DNA of 64,000 nucleotides from Glaucostegus cemiculus (Eukaryota): positions 15,562,001-15,626,000 of the forward strand of contig CDPCPM010000281.1 in assembly GCA_976551045.1 (NCBI GenBank), in the 5' to 3' direction. This document shows positions 24,601-39,600 of this stretch, in pieces. The notes beneath the pieces were generated by a model. The model did not search any database, had not been told where the DNA came from, and was given only the letters and a program-made list of their open reading frames with translations. The translations under genes and the position numbers were made by a program. The first letter of the stretch is position 1. Each line of letters opens with the position of its first letter.

Positions 24601-27600
24601 AGGAGCAATGGAAAGAAGCAGAGAACCATGCAAAGAGAGTTTTATAATACCTGTGAGTCCATTTCCTGTCGCTTGATTTGTGTAAGTGTCATGCTGGAGA
24701 AATCCATTGTATCTGGAACAAATCAATGAAAGCACAGGTCATGCATCAGAAAAAAAATCAGCAACAGACATAAGATATGGTTCCTCATCTGCAATTTACG
24801 TTCTACTAACAGAAGTATTTTTTGCGGGGAACAGTTCTGTGGGCAGAAGGTATTGTCCAATAATTTGCCCAAAAGCATTTCCTTCTTGCCTGCTGATTGC
24901 TGGGATTCCAGGAATGGTGGTTTTCCTCTATATATCATGTGGGTATGCTTGTCGTCATCAACAAAACCACTCTTCAACATGAGGAACAATGAGGTTGATA
25001 CATTAAAGGTGACCAAGTGTCACAATGTTATATTTCCATCAACTACCACTTGGTGGCCACTTTGATGCCACTATTTGAAATACTCAGCCATTTTGATGAA
25101 TTGTAATATTTCATAAAAATACATTACAGGTCATCACAGACTCTCAAACTAACTGTGACATTTAACTAGCAGTATTAATTTTGCAGCTAAGGTTTTAACA
25201 AGTTAAACCAAAAGGTTTAAACCAATAGATGCTGCATTTCCAGGTGACAGAATGATTCAGTTTCTGTGTGTCCGGGTAGGCATCAATGGAAAAGTAACAC
25301 ATTTGGAAAATGAGGAGCTGTGTGCAATAAAAACAGAAAATTATCGGAAAACCCATCAAGTCAAGCAGTCCGTTGAGATAGAAATGCACGTAATTTAACT
25401 CAATGATCTTTTCTCAGAATACTGAAGAAGTTCCCCAGAAAAAACAAATTTCACGACATATGTCAGTGATAATAAACCTGATTCTAATTCTGAGCTCCCC
25501 AGATAGAAGACCAGTTATATTTCTCTCTCTACAAATATTGCCTGACTTACTGAATACTACCATGTTTCCAGCGTCTGCAGCAATTTGTTAAGTTATATGG
25601 AATGGATGTCCCCCACCCCCTTCACACACCTCACCACCCACCCCTTTGCTTCGGATCAGACTCATACAGAATGTGAACAGTGCACTACCTTTATCCTCAA
25701 TCTGGGACTTCCCGGATTTGGTGGAAGCCACTACTTTGGCAGTGGCCTCATTTACTCCCTTGGATGCTTCCCGCAGCCTTCCGAGATTACAGTTGTCTTT
25801 ATCTGCTTTCACCTGCAAAAGACATTGTCATAAATATATCAGGAGCAAAAGGGCAGCCAGGGAAAGAGTGGGTCCCCAATACGTGGAGTCAGATAAGGTC
25901 CTAAATGAATATTTCTCATCTGTATTCACCAAGGAGAAGGATGTGGAAGGGAGTGAGCTCAATGAGGGGGATGTTGATAGTCTGCAGTATGTCAATGTTA
26001 AGAAAGCGGAGGTGTAGATGTCTTGAGCACATGAGGGTGGATAAATCTGCAGGGCTGGATGAGATCTAGAGTAAAAAGCAAACTGCTGGAGGAACTCAGC
26101 GGGTCAAGCAGCATCTGTGGAGCCAAATAGTCAACATTTCAGGTTAAGGCCCTGAATTTATGTCTCCTGGATGAGATCTATCCCAGGATGTTACGGGAAG
26201 CAATGGAGGAGATGGCTGGGGCCCTGATGGAGATTTTGCATCTTCATTAGCCACAGGTGAGGTGCCAGAAGTCTGGAGGATAGTTAATGTTGTTCCTTTC
26301 TTTAAAAAGGAGAGTAAGCAACATGCCAATGGGCTTCATGTTAGTGGTTGGGAAATTATTGGAGAAAATGCTAAGGGATGGGATTTATGTACACCTGGAC
26401 AGGCAGGTGCTGATCAGGGACAGTCACCATGGCTTTGTGCAGGGAAAAACCTACTTCATTAACTTGACTGACTTTTTTGAGGAGAGAGCTAAGAAGGTTG
26501 ATGAAGGCAGGGTGGTATATGTTGCCTATATGGACTTCAGCAAGGCATTTGATAAGGTCTTGCATCCAGAAGGTTAAGGCACATGGTTCAAGGGAGAGCT
26601 GGCTAATTGGATCCAAGATTGGCTTGGTGATAGAAAACAAAGGGAGTAGGGGAAGGATACTTTTCTGATTGGAAGTCTGTGACCAGTGATGTACTGCAGG
26701 GATCAGAGCTGGAAGCCGTGTTGTTTATGATATACATTAACTTTGGCTGTGAATGTAGGGTGTATGATTAGTAAATTTGCAGATGACACTAAAGTTGCAG
26801 GTGTTGTGGATAGTGAGAAAGTTTGTCTACGGCAGGATATAGATCAGAGGAAAGTTGGGCAGAGAGTGTGCAGACGAGATTCGCCTGGACGTGGCCTAGA
26901 CTGGAGGACTTTAGTGATGGGGAGAGACTGGATAGGCTGGGTTTGTTTTCCCTGGGCCGAAGGAGGCCGAGGTAAGGTATATAAATTATCAGATGACTAG
27001 GTAAGGTAGATAATCAGAACTTTATCTCCCATGTTGGGTTAACAAAAACAAGGGGGGCATAGGTTTAAGGTGAAAGGAAGATGTTATATAGGAGATGTGA
27101 GGGAAAAGGTTTTTTTTTGGTTGGGTGACATCTGGAACTCACTGGCAGAGGTGGTGGTGGAGTCAGATACAATGACAATGTTTAAGTGACATTTAGACAG
27201 ACACTTAAATAGGCAAGGCATGTAAGTATATATTTATTTATTAGTCACATGTACGTCAAAACACATAGTAGAAATGCACCTTTTTGCATTACTGAGAATG
27301 TTCTGTGGGGGCAGCCCACAAGTGTCACCACTCTTCCGGCGCCAACATAGCATCCCCACAGCTCCTAACCCGTACGTCTTTGGGAGGAAACCGGAGCACC
27401 CGGAGGAAACCCACACAGACATGGGGAGAACGTACAAACTCCTTACAGACAGTGGCCGGATTTGAACCCAGGTTACTGGTGCTGTAATAGCGTTACGCTA
27501 ACCACTACACTACTGTGCCGACCTAGTGTGGGTAGCGAGGGGTGGTGTAGATGGGCAAAAATATTGGCATGGACATGGTGGACTGAAGGCCCATTTCTGA

Positions 27601-30600
27601 GCTGTACAACTCTGACTCTAAACAGCCAGACAACATTCAGCAAATATTAAACTCCTAAATGCACTGTACTATTTCATACAGTGTCAATGTCAGAAGTAAG
27701 ATTGATAAAAATAATCCCAAAACACACTGAAATAAGGGTGCTTTATTATTGCAAAGTGAATGCCAGGTATTCTCATGCACTATAGGGTCACAGATAAGAA
27801 TACTCCCTCACACAGATAAATTCTGTGAATGCAACATATTGAACCACTCTTACTGTCCATCTGTTCATTCAGTAGGATTTTGTTTCAAACACAAGGTTTT
27901 TATAAACTAAATTAATGCTTTTCAGCTCCTTACATTTCTTTTTTGGAAGGTTCCTACCCATTTTCCTTGTATTTCATCTGCTGTTATTGTAAGAATTTGA
28001 AGCAATCGAGAAATGTAAGGACTTACCTTGGAGGCAGCAACCAGTTGTGCTGTACTGGCTGCAATCTCATGGGAACACACCATTAACTCCTCAAACTTCC
28101 CCTTTCCCTGGACAACCATGTCTGCAGCATCCCTGAACAGATGAATGGGAGAATACTAGTGCAGGGCTCCAAACCATTTATCAAATCTCAACACTGCACC
28201 ATAAACTAGAAGAGCATTACATGGCAGTAAGAAAGCCACCTGCTGACACAAGCTCAATATCGTATTAGGTAAACATACATCAATGAGAACTAACCCAAGG
28301 ACCCAACATACAAACGTATGGCCCAAAGTTGAATTGCAGAATTTATATAACGCACTATCGTCCAATAGAATCCACCCCTCCAGTATATTAACTCCTGGCT
28401 TTTGATGGCCCACATTATACAGACAATGGTGAAGCAGCTGAGCCCACAGCCGACCTCTAAGGAAGGTGCCCGCAAACATCAAGTGATCGCTGAGAGGCGG
28501 ATTTCCCCTTTTTCTGACGGTCTGTCTCAAACAGGTGTCAGGATTCCTGACACCCAGCAGCCATGATGTCAACAAGCTGGCTATGTAGCTAGTCACACAA
28601 AGGATTCTGAACCATCACACGCCAGAAGGAAAGGGCATAATTTCTAGCTAATTAAACAAAGTATGAAATAAAGATAGAAACATAGAAGGTGAAATACCAA
28701 ACAATTTCTTTCTTAAAAGGTTAAAATCTAGTATATTTTGCAATACCCATGGCAGGGAATTAAAATGAGTTAGTTTAGGGCCATGAAATTTACTAATCAG
28801 TGATTATAGCTTCGTGCTCAATTAAAAAACTCATACCCCTCATGTATCAAGTGTGACACCTTTTGAGTAGTTTATAGTAAAGTTGGTTCTATATCTCAAG
28901 TATTTATTAGCTCATCCAATTTTCCTTGATTTGAATGGAGGCTGCAGAGCTAACTGTGGAGGGGTACTGATTCACTCTCCACTAAACTCTGCCTGTGCGG
29001 AAATCCTAAAGTTGCTATCGGTTTCACAATATAATGATGAAAGATGCTGACAGTTGCACTGCTATTAAATAACCAAACTCCAGGCAATCGAGCACCCAAT
29101 AACACAGGTTTCTATCTTGATATTGCTTGGATGTTTCAACGGGTATCAACAGGTTAACAGCTTCATTTCTCGTTCTGTGATATTACCTCACGCACTGAAA
29201 TTACAACGTGTAAACAGCACTAATTCCATGTGCGTGCTTTAGTCCCATCACTTCACTCCCTTTTCCTTCTGCCATGCATCTAATCTATTGACAAAAAAGG
29301 GCCAACAAACATAGAGACAACATTAAATGTAAGTTTAAAAACCTCTACTCCACAGAATTTTGCTTAAAACTATTTACTCCAATCCTAACCATAAGAATAT
29401 TTCTCTTGCTCTCTGTCCTATCATATTTAGGTTTAATGTCATCTCTATGCTTGTTGGCCCTTTAACTATTTAATCCTATCTCATGCTTCTATAAACACCT
29501 TTGTCAAATATCTGCATGATCCCTAACTTCAATGAAAATTTAGTGTCAGTTTTCCCCCTTCATGTTTGTGCATGGTCACACAAGGCAGCATCATAGTAAA
29601 TCTGTGCTTTAGTTTATTACCTCAGTATTCATATAGCAATGAGCCCAAGCCTCCAAACTTGGCCAGGTTAAGGTTTTATACAGATTAACCACTGTACCTC
29701 AAATCTTATATTCTACATAAACCCAATATTCCATACATTTTGTTGTGGACTTACTTATAAGGAGCTGCTTTGTTTAATGTCTGTTACTTGAATAAGAACT
29801 AACTCTGCTTTCCTACGTCACCAGACATATTCAGAGTACACTTTTATCCTGAAGCTAAATTACTGACACTGAGTTCCAACTGCCCCATCTCTGCCCATCC
29901 ACCTCCACAGCTTCCCATGGTACTTGGAATTAGTTATCATCCCTCCTCTTTTAGTGCAAATATTCACAGCCTTATATCTCTGTCATGGTGAACAATTCCA
30001 GTACCAGAAACTGTTGTCCACTTGTAACCTTCTGAGAAACAGCTTACAACTTCAGCTCTGTTTCCTCCTTTTAACCTTCAAAACTAGAACAGTACCTGCA
30101 GCAGTATAACTGTTGTCAGAATCCTTTTTTAAATTCTCAGTCCTGTATTGTGAAAGCTGTTACTTCTTGGAAAATCTACACATAGACATACAAGAGGCAA
30201 GGACAAGGAGGAATTCAGCGAAGTCATCAGGTTTTTACACTGGTCAATCATGAGGCAATTTAAGACTAACAGTTTACATTATAGATGTAGGCACAGAAAT
30301 CTGTAATGAGAAATGCCAGCTGGAAGCGTTAATTTATTAACAGGTAGAGTTAGAATTGCAGAGGTGCAGAAAATGGCTACCTAACTTCTCCTGTCCAGCA
30401 CCTAATAATGCAGAACTACATTCTCTTATGGATATTTAGAGATTCACAAGTGTCTTCCTTCCCAAATAATATCCCCATTTGGAGCCTCAGTGTTCATCTG
30501 GCATTAGTTTTGGTCTGTGTCTAGGAGGCAGCATAGGGGATACTTAAGGTCGATAAGGTAGAGGAAGGGGTGAAACTTAATAATGCACTAGAAAAGCTAG

Positions 30601-33600
30601 CTGTGCTTAAAGAAATACCCCTTTCAAAAAGATTTATAACAAAACACTCACCATCAATTATGGACCAGTCAGTTTAACCTCAATAATGGTGAAATTCTTA
30701 GAAATAATAATCAGGGAAAAAATTAAAAGTTACTTACAGAAATTTGCACTATAAAGATAGCCTGCACAGATTTATTAAAGGTAGCTTGCATTTGACTAAC
30801 CTGATTGAATTTTCTGATGAGGTAACAGAGATGGTCAATCAAGGTAATGCAGTAGAGGTCATTATTTAGATTTTCAGAAGGCATTTGACAAAGTCCCATC
30901 TAAAAAGCTGATCAGTTAAACTGTGGACATGGAGTAAAAGAGTCAGTTCCAGAGTGGATAAGAAACTGGCTTGTAAGAAACTGGCTTGATGATAGAAATC
31001 AGAGAGTGGTGGTAGAAAGCTGCTTTTCAGACTGGAGTAAGATAGACAGTGATGTTCCTTGGTGTCACTGTCTTTTTTCTGATATATTGTCAATGACTCA
31101 GACATGAGCTGCAGGGCAAAATTTTGAAGTTTGCAAATGTCACAAAAATAGGAGGTGAAGTAAACAGTAAGGAGCACAGTGACATTGCAGCAACAGAAAG
31201 CAGAATGGGCAGACAGATCGCAGATGAAACTTAATACAGAGATGTGTAAAGCAATATGTTTTGATAAAAAGAATGAGGAATGATATTACAGACCCAATGG
31301 CACATTCTAATGTATATGGATGAGAGATAATTATGTATATGAACTTTTAAAGCTGGTGGGACACATCGTGAATGCAGTTGGTAAGATACATCGAATCCTC
31401 TGCTTCACAAAAGGAGCCTTGCAGAACAAAAGCAGTGCCATTACATTGAAGTTTTGAAACACTGTTAAGCTACAAATAAACTAATATATGAAATTCTGCT
31501 CATCGCTTCGGGAAAGAGGTGAATGTTCCAAAGAAGTTGAAGGAAACACTGACGGGAATGGTCCCAGGGACGAAGGATTTCATCCACACGTCTGACTGGA
31601 GAAACTGGAGTGGTTGTGCTCACAGCAAAGAAAGTTGAAAAAGATTTGGTATTGGTATTGGTTTATTATTGTCACCTGTAGGTACAGTGAAAAGCTTGTC
31701 TTAGAAACTGATTGTACAGGTCAATTCATTACGCAGTGCAGTTACATTGAGTTAGTACAAAGTGCATTGATGTAGTACAGTAAAAACAGTAACAGTACAA
31801 ATTTAATTAAGGAAATTAAGAGAAAAAACTGATTGCATTAGAGTACAGCTCAAGAACAGGGGAACATATTTACAGAGATCAGCAGAAGATATGGAATGAT
31901 GTGAAGAAATTTATTTTTAAAAATGTAGAAAGTATTTATGACCAGTGCCTGCTGCATGTAAGGGTGGCGAAAACAAAGCCTATCAGGGCTTATAAAAGAG
32001 AACTGGATAGATATTCAAGGGAAAATTATTTTCAGGGCAAAAAGAATGGGATAATGAGACTTACTAAATTGCACTGTGGAATAAGCCAAATAGTCTTCTG
32101 TGCCTTAATTTTATGATTCTGGAGAAATAGTCTTTTTTTATTTGAGTTGAATACTCAAAGGATCAATGGTATCTGACTGCTAAATGAGAAATTCTTAAAC
32201 TCACATTGCATCCTTGTTAACCAGACGTGACTGCAACTGTGATCCAGATTCAACAGCCCACCTGCACATGTCCAGAGTCCACAGGTAACTGACAATAGAA
32301 CCATTAAAGACCAGCAGTTATAATACTTACACCAATACAGTAGCTCCCCAGCCAACGGCCTTTGATGCGGAGATGAGGCCTTCAGTCCATCTGGAGTTCT
32401 TGGCGTAGAACTCTTTCTGGGATGCTGCCCCCTGTTATCAAGAAACACAAAGCCATCATGGCACATTCTCTCAAATTTCCCCTCCTCTGTTAAAGGTTCC
32501 TACATCTTGCTGGATGTGCCAGGTCTGTTACTTCATTCAAATACTCGTTCCCCATGCACCAGTACATGACTGACAGCAGGAATTCAAACCACATCATCCT
32601 CAGTACAAAGGAGGAAACTGGCTTGGGACCTTGGGCATTGTCTGAATCACAAATGATTAGAAGGGAAACTGGTACCAGGCTAAGCAGAACATGGAATGGC
32701 CTTGCAAGGAGGGACAAATACATTCCCTGTTGTATTTTCCTGACCTTCTGCCATCAGTTTGGCAGGAATTCCAGTGAAATGGCAAAAACAACTTTATGTA
32801 ATCTTATACGGTAAGAGTGTAGGCAAGTAGTCTCTTGTAAGTCTTTGCCACTGTTGCTACTAAGTTTTGACTGAAATGCCTGGATGGAGAACTTACTGAG
32901 CAGCAATTAGCACTGTTTTAATTGCACTGTGCGCCTATATAATCATCTTTAACAGTAGAGTTCCAGCACACTTCACAGGTGAGTATTCAGACAAAAATTG
33001 AAAACTAAGCCCAAGGAGGAAATGATATGTGACTGAGTGCTTGGACTTAATGCAGGCTTTAAGAAGCATCTTTAAGTAGGAGAGGTAGCTGTTTAGGGAA
33101 AGAATTCCAGATCTCAAGGCTCAGGTATTTTAAGGAACAGCACCGTTGTTGCAGTGAGGAAAGTGGGGAGTGCACAAGAAGCTAGAAATGGAAGGACAGA
33201 GTTATGTTTTAAGTTTTCCATCCATCCAAAACTTTGAAACAACTAATTGCCTTGCAACTTAACATGCGCTGTCTTCTAATTGAAAAACTGTGCTATCAAC
33301 AAGAGGTGGCACAGTGGTACAGCTGGTAGAGCTGCTGCCCCATATCCCAAGTGATCCAGGTTCAATACCAGGGCTGCCTGTAAGGAATTGGTGGATCCTC
33401 CCCATTATCTTGTGCATCCCCCTCCTCCAGATGCTCTGGTTTCTTCCCACAGATTTGGCACTGTAAATTGCCCCCAGTGTGTGAATGAGTGGTAGAATCT
33501 GGGTGGAGTTGATGGGAATGTGGAAAGAGTAAAATGGGATTGGTGTGAATGGGTGATTGATGATTGGCTTGGATCCAGGGGGCCACGTATAACTATGACT

Positions 33601-36600
33601 AAGTTTTACAAGGCTCTTACCCTTCCGCTCTCCACTATGTCCCTCTGTAGATCCTTAGATGTCAGAACCAACATTTTGACAGCATGCATCAAGTCAGTGC
33701 AAGATTCAAGGATCCTGCAGTAAATAACACAAAGAAACTTGAGGGTAATAATAGGATTTAAAGTAGTCCATTATAATTCTGGTCAAAAGGAGAAAATGTG
33801 CAGTGAAGTAGTCAATTTGATTTTTGAACCAAATCTGTAACTGGCAAGGAATGGATTGGATGAGAATGGGATCAGTTCACCATTCGAGGTGGGGAATGAG
33901 ATCTGTTTTTATCCTTGGACCTTGATCAAATAGGAATGACTTTAATGTTGACACACTAGTTGCACAATAGACCATCGCTTTGGGTTGAATCATGCAATCC
34001 CTCCAGCAGGAGCTTCCTGGAAGAAGCCCACTTCGTCCATCTTAGTACCCTGGCCTCCTGTGTGTTACTGCCATTACACTGGGAGGGAAAAGACCCAACC
34101 ACAAACAGCTGAAAATGAAGGATGGCTGGCTGGGGCACACCTCTGGAAGATTCAGACTAATGAAATTATTTTAAAAAAAATTAAAAACTTAAAATAAAAC
34201 ACAAGTACTCCTGTTGCTCCCACCTCAAATCTAAAGTGGTGTCACAATTTCACAGCCCCACATTGCCACTTATGAAGACCACTGCAGACAGATGACTGCA
34301 AATTTAAGACTTCCATTATTATGTGGAAATCTAGAGATGCTGACAAATACTGTTACTCTGGGAAATGTTGCTGACTGCATGGGAAATTGCTGACATTTCA
34401 CAAAACAGGCTTCAGAATACCAAACAATTGCTTTTCCCATAGAGGCTTTAATTTTAAATGCAAGGCCCTTTGAGCAGGAAGCTCAATAGTTAAGCTGTAT
34501 ACAATAACTAGCACTGTAAAATGACATCCAAACTTGAGATAGACTGATATAAACTTATGCAATTACCTCTCATTCACCTCCAGCTTTACACCAGTGTCTC
34601 CTGCCCTTGACTTGCTCAGCATTTCCTGGTTACAAGATATTAAACGGAAAGGAAAAGTGTGTAAACTGAGAGCTTCAAAATCCAACAGGTAAATTTCATC
34701 CTATTGTATCGGTCAGTCTTTTGAAGATGAAGAAATTGAGTTCTGTATCATGTCAAACTACTCTTGTACTGATTCTTGTAAGAGAGTATTCATCAGACAA
34801 GTACAGCTGTTTGAAAAGGCACACAGAGTTTCAGATAAAATGGTTTTCAACTTCTTGTGAACAAACTTCAGACAGGAAGAGATGGTCAGTTAGTAATAAA
34901 TAGAACTTAAATACAGACTTGTAGCAATACAGAGCTCTTGCTATCTCTGCATACTCACAATCTTCACATTCTACCCAGTGCTCCAGCTCATTCTACATAC
35001 CTTTGCTCTATAAAGGAGTCACATAATATGTTGCTTTAAACTTAAAATGTTGCTAAATTTAATATGTTGTCACATAATATGCTGCTTTAAACTTTAACTT
35101 AATATATTAAGTTAACTTGGAACTGAAATTCCAGAATTATAAAAATGTAGTCAAGTACAATGAAAATTTTCCCTTTGTGAGTGTAAACACACACAAATAT
35201 GATTTTTTTTGTGATTTTTCCCCCCAAAAAGTCTTAATCTGCATGTTGTGTTTTACTTTGTGGAAAATCTGTACACAATGATGTGCAAGCTTAAACAGGC
35301 AATCACTAACACAGTAAAACAGGACACTTTACAAGAAAATCTCTGACCACACCTGTTTTATCAACTCCAGCTAACAACTTATCATCACATGCTTGAATTT
35401 AGAATTGTCTTTCGAACAAAATAACCAGTCAGGAAGAGATCATCTGGAGCAGAAAATAAACCGCTGCAGGAACTGGAGGAGACCAGATGAAGGGTTTCAA
35501 CCCGGAACATCAACTGTCCATTCTCTTCTACAGATGCCGTCTGACCTGCTGAGTTCCTCTAACAATTTGTTTTATGCATCGACTGAACAGCTTATTTTGG
35601 CAAGTCCAGACCCAATGACCAAATTTTTCCTTTCAATGTGGCAAATTACTCTGATTCCAAGGTTCCTTAAGAATGTTACACCTTCTGTGAGATCCCATCC
35701 CAATCTTCTAAACCATAGAGAATGTATCCTTTGTACTCATTGCCTTATCACAAATGCTCTGTATTAATTCCCAGGAATCAATCTTGCTCTAAGTGTGTCT
35801 TCACGTATACCAAGATATCCTCTCTTCCAGAAATGCACTCTTGGCGCAACAGAATACTATTACACTGCTTTATTGTTCTAGCTAATGAACTTAGCACAGT
35901 ACTGATCGAAATTACCTCTATCCTTGTAGTAGCTGCCTCAACAGCTGCAGATGTGGCAGACATCTCCTGTTCCACGAGATCACCCAGCTCTTTTTGTTTG
36001 ATGTCTCTTCCTTTAGGCCTGAGTTCCTAAAATGAACATATATACAGCAGTCAGTGGCATGACAGATGATAGAGAATTCGTAGAAAACTCAGTCAGTCCC
36101 GAATCTCAAGAGCTGCACAAATGGTTCAGCTGTGACATATTTTGTCTCGAATGGTGGTGAAACACATTGGTATAGGTTTATTATTGTCACTTGTACCGAG
36201 GTACAGTGAAAAACTTGTCTTACAAACCGATCGTACAGGTCAATTCATTACACAGTGCAGTTACATTGAGTTAGTACAGAGTGCATTGATGTAGTACAGG
36301 TAAAAAAAACAATAACAGTGCAGAGTAAAGTGTCACAGCTACAGAGAAAGTGTAGTGTAATAAGGTGCAAGGTCACAACAAGGTAGATCATTGACAAGAC
36401 AACACAGGTCCAATTCTTGAACCGGGTCACTTCAGTTGTTCTCAGATGGAGAAACAGTGTGGGTAACTCTGGTTGGACCTTCCCACAATTTAGGTTGGCT
36501 CAATCTGCTGCCAACTTTATCCCAAGCTTTTCCAAACTTACAGCTACAGACTCAGCTTCTTACCTCTGCAATGGTGTTTATGTGGTTGAGACTCTCTCTC

Positions 36601-39600
36601 ACTTTTGTGCAATCCGCAGTGCTCAGTGTTGTTGAGTCCTTCAAATTGGAGAAGTAGGAGAGTACGTCGCTGCCACACTGCTTACATGCTTCTAACAGGT
36701 CTAACAATTTGAAAACATAACGTAAGGTCTGGGCAGAATGGTATGACCAATATTATAAATACACAACAATAGAGCCAAGTGTTTTATTTCAAGTTCTCTC
36801 ATTTACTCACCCTGGACTCAACCCACAGGTCTTCTTTGACATTGTAAGTTATGAAACAAAGAGAGACCAGCCAGGATTACTACTCATAGACCTGCTGATC
36901 AAACTGAGTAAAGCTTAACTGTACTGTACTTGTGGCCAAACAAGTACCATCCCTGTCCACCAAAAAGTCAGAACGCACATAAGAAAGCAATATCAAAGAA
37001 GATCCCCATTGCAACTAATAATCTTTAAAAAAAAGTCAATAAGAACAAAAAAATCTTAAAGAAATCAATAAACCCATTTCTTTATTGTGACAAATTATCA
37101 CTGATTTTTTTAAGAGCAGCAAATGCACACAGTCCACTTCCACATAAACCACGCTTAACAGTCCGAACTAGAGGTAAACCTTCATCTAAAGATACATCCG
37201 TTTAATGATCTGTACCAAGTCACAGGAAGATGAGATGTGAAACGTTGGGGCTGTTTCTGTTCCCTTCTTCCCTGTTAAGGTAGAATTTCATGAGGGATGC
37301 AGAGGGAGCTGCGTTAGACAGAACAGAGGAGGGAAGATGGAACTGTGGGGTGGGGTGGGGTGGGATGGGAGGTTAAGAGACAGAGTAAGGAGGGAAAGGC
37401 GGAATGGGGGTGGGACAGAGCTGGGTGGTACGAGAGAAGGCAGCCTGGGGAGAGACGGAGCAGAGGAAGGGAAATTAAGGAGAGATGGAGGGACAGAAAA
37501 TGAAGAGTATTGTTCCTTCAGTGTAAAAGTGTGCAGTTATGAGGCTGGCTATCTGTTTGATGTCACTCCCCCACCCACTGGTCTAAACTCTTTTAAATAC
37601 TTATTGCTTAATTTCATCCACACCCTGTGATCTCCTGAAAAAGTGGGAAAGCCTGTTATTCTGCACCCACTGGCAAAGCAGCTTTCATCCTGAACTTCTC
37701 ACAACGTGGTCACTGGAAAGACCAATTCACAGAATTCTCTTTCCGTACCACAGCATCAGCACATGCACAGTAAGAGGCGTGTGGAGGGATACAGGTAATG
37801 CAAGTGAATTGTGCAAAGATAAGTTGGACTACAGGACCTGTGCTTGTGCCATGGATTCAATGCAATTCAAATTGATCCAAATTAGGGAGGAAGTTGGAGG
37901 GAAAATAAGATTCCACCTCAAGCTCTGGTTGAACTTATACAGAGCTGATGTTGCTGCTTTACTGGGAATGATGTGCACTTGGGGTTGTATCACTGTCGGC
38001 TGAAAGGATGACTCTGCTAACATGTTTCGATGTGGATAGATTACCAAAAATCGTTGGGAAGGAATGCTTCCCCCAGCTCAACTCCACCCCTAGTGCTCTG
38101 GATCTCTCAATGATTTGTTAAAATACTTCAGTAAGAATATCTATATCCAATTTTTAAATTGCTGAAATTAACGAGTTTATTTCCAAATTACCCCTAATTT
38201 CTGGGGAAGCTTGTGCAAGAGCTTAGAAAATGTAGAAAACATTTCTACAGTAGGAAAACTGCCTGTTTCAGACAAATTAGCCTCTTGCAAACTAGTGTGC
38301 AATTGAAATATCAGGATATTTCATGATCACCCACCATTTATTCCAAATCATATCTAGGCAAGGACCCTGCACCTCTAGGCTAGCAGCTGAGGAGACAGCA
38401 GTGGATTTTTGTTTGGAAAAATGCAAGACAGTTGACGTGGACTAATTGTTCCATCTTAAGCAACCTGTCTGCACACAGTAGAGTGACAGCGTTACTCCCC
38501 ATCCGCACACGGTAGAGTGACAGCGTTATTCCCTGTCTGTGGACATCAGAGTGACAGTGTCACTCACCGTCTGCAGCCAGTAGACTGACGGCGTTACTCA
38601 CCGCCTGTGGACAGTGGAGTGACGGTGTCACTCACCGTCTGCAGCCAGTAGACTGACGGCATTACTCACCGCCTGCACACAGCGGAGTGACGGCATTACT
38701 CACTGCCTGCGCACAGCGGAGTGACGGCGTTACTCCCCGTCTGCACACAGCGGAGTGACGGCGTTACTCCCCGTCTGCACACAGCGGAGTGACGGCGTTA
38801 CTCACTGCCTGCGCACAGCGGAGTGACGGCGTTACTCCCCGTCTGCACACAGCAGAGCGACGGCGTTACTCACCGCCTGCCTACAGTGGAGTGACGGCGT
38901 TACTCCCCGTCTGCAAACAGCAGAGCGATGGCATTACCGCCTGCCTACAGCAGAGCGACGGCGTTACTCCCCGTCTGCACACAGCGGAGTGACGGCGTTA
39001 CTCCCCGTCTGCACACAGCAGAGCGACAGCGTTACTCCCCGTCTGCACACAGCGGAGCGACGGCGTTACTCCCCGTCTGCACACAGCGGAGCGACGGCGT
39101 TACTCCCCGTCTGCACACAGCGGAGCGACGGCGTTACTCCCCGTCTGCACACAGCGGAGCGACGGCGTTACTCCCCGTCTGCACACAGCGGAGCGACGGC
39201 GTTACTCCCCGTCTGCACACAGCGGAGTGACGGCGTTACTCCCCGCCTGTGGACAGTAGAGTGATAGCATTACTCATCATCCACTTACAGCAGACTGACA
39301 GAATTACTAACCGTCTGCAGACAGTGGATTAACAACATTAGTAATTGCAGACAAAAGACGTTACTCACTATCGGCCTGCTCCATTGGAACCATATGGGAG
39401 GTGGCACTACCCTGAACAATGGTGTCACTCATCAAATGGGTAAAGAGGGTCACCGACTGCAGCAGGCTGCTAGCATCTGAAAAATAAATAAATATTGGAG
39501 AGAATTAAAAAACTGAGCACAGTAATGCCTAATATGAGATCTAACTTACATGTTACACAATGATTTCCTGTCCTTATCATAAATAATTTCCCACTCCCTT

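Noticed and set aside
38466-39335. CRISPR-like array or repetitive protein (ORFs 38789-39264)
   Set aside because: Units are head-to-tail with no unique spacers and no cas genes, in a vertebrate intron; the ORFs are a by-product of a stop-poor 34-bp unit.
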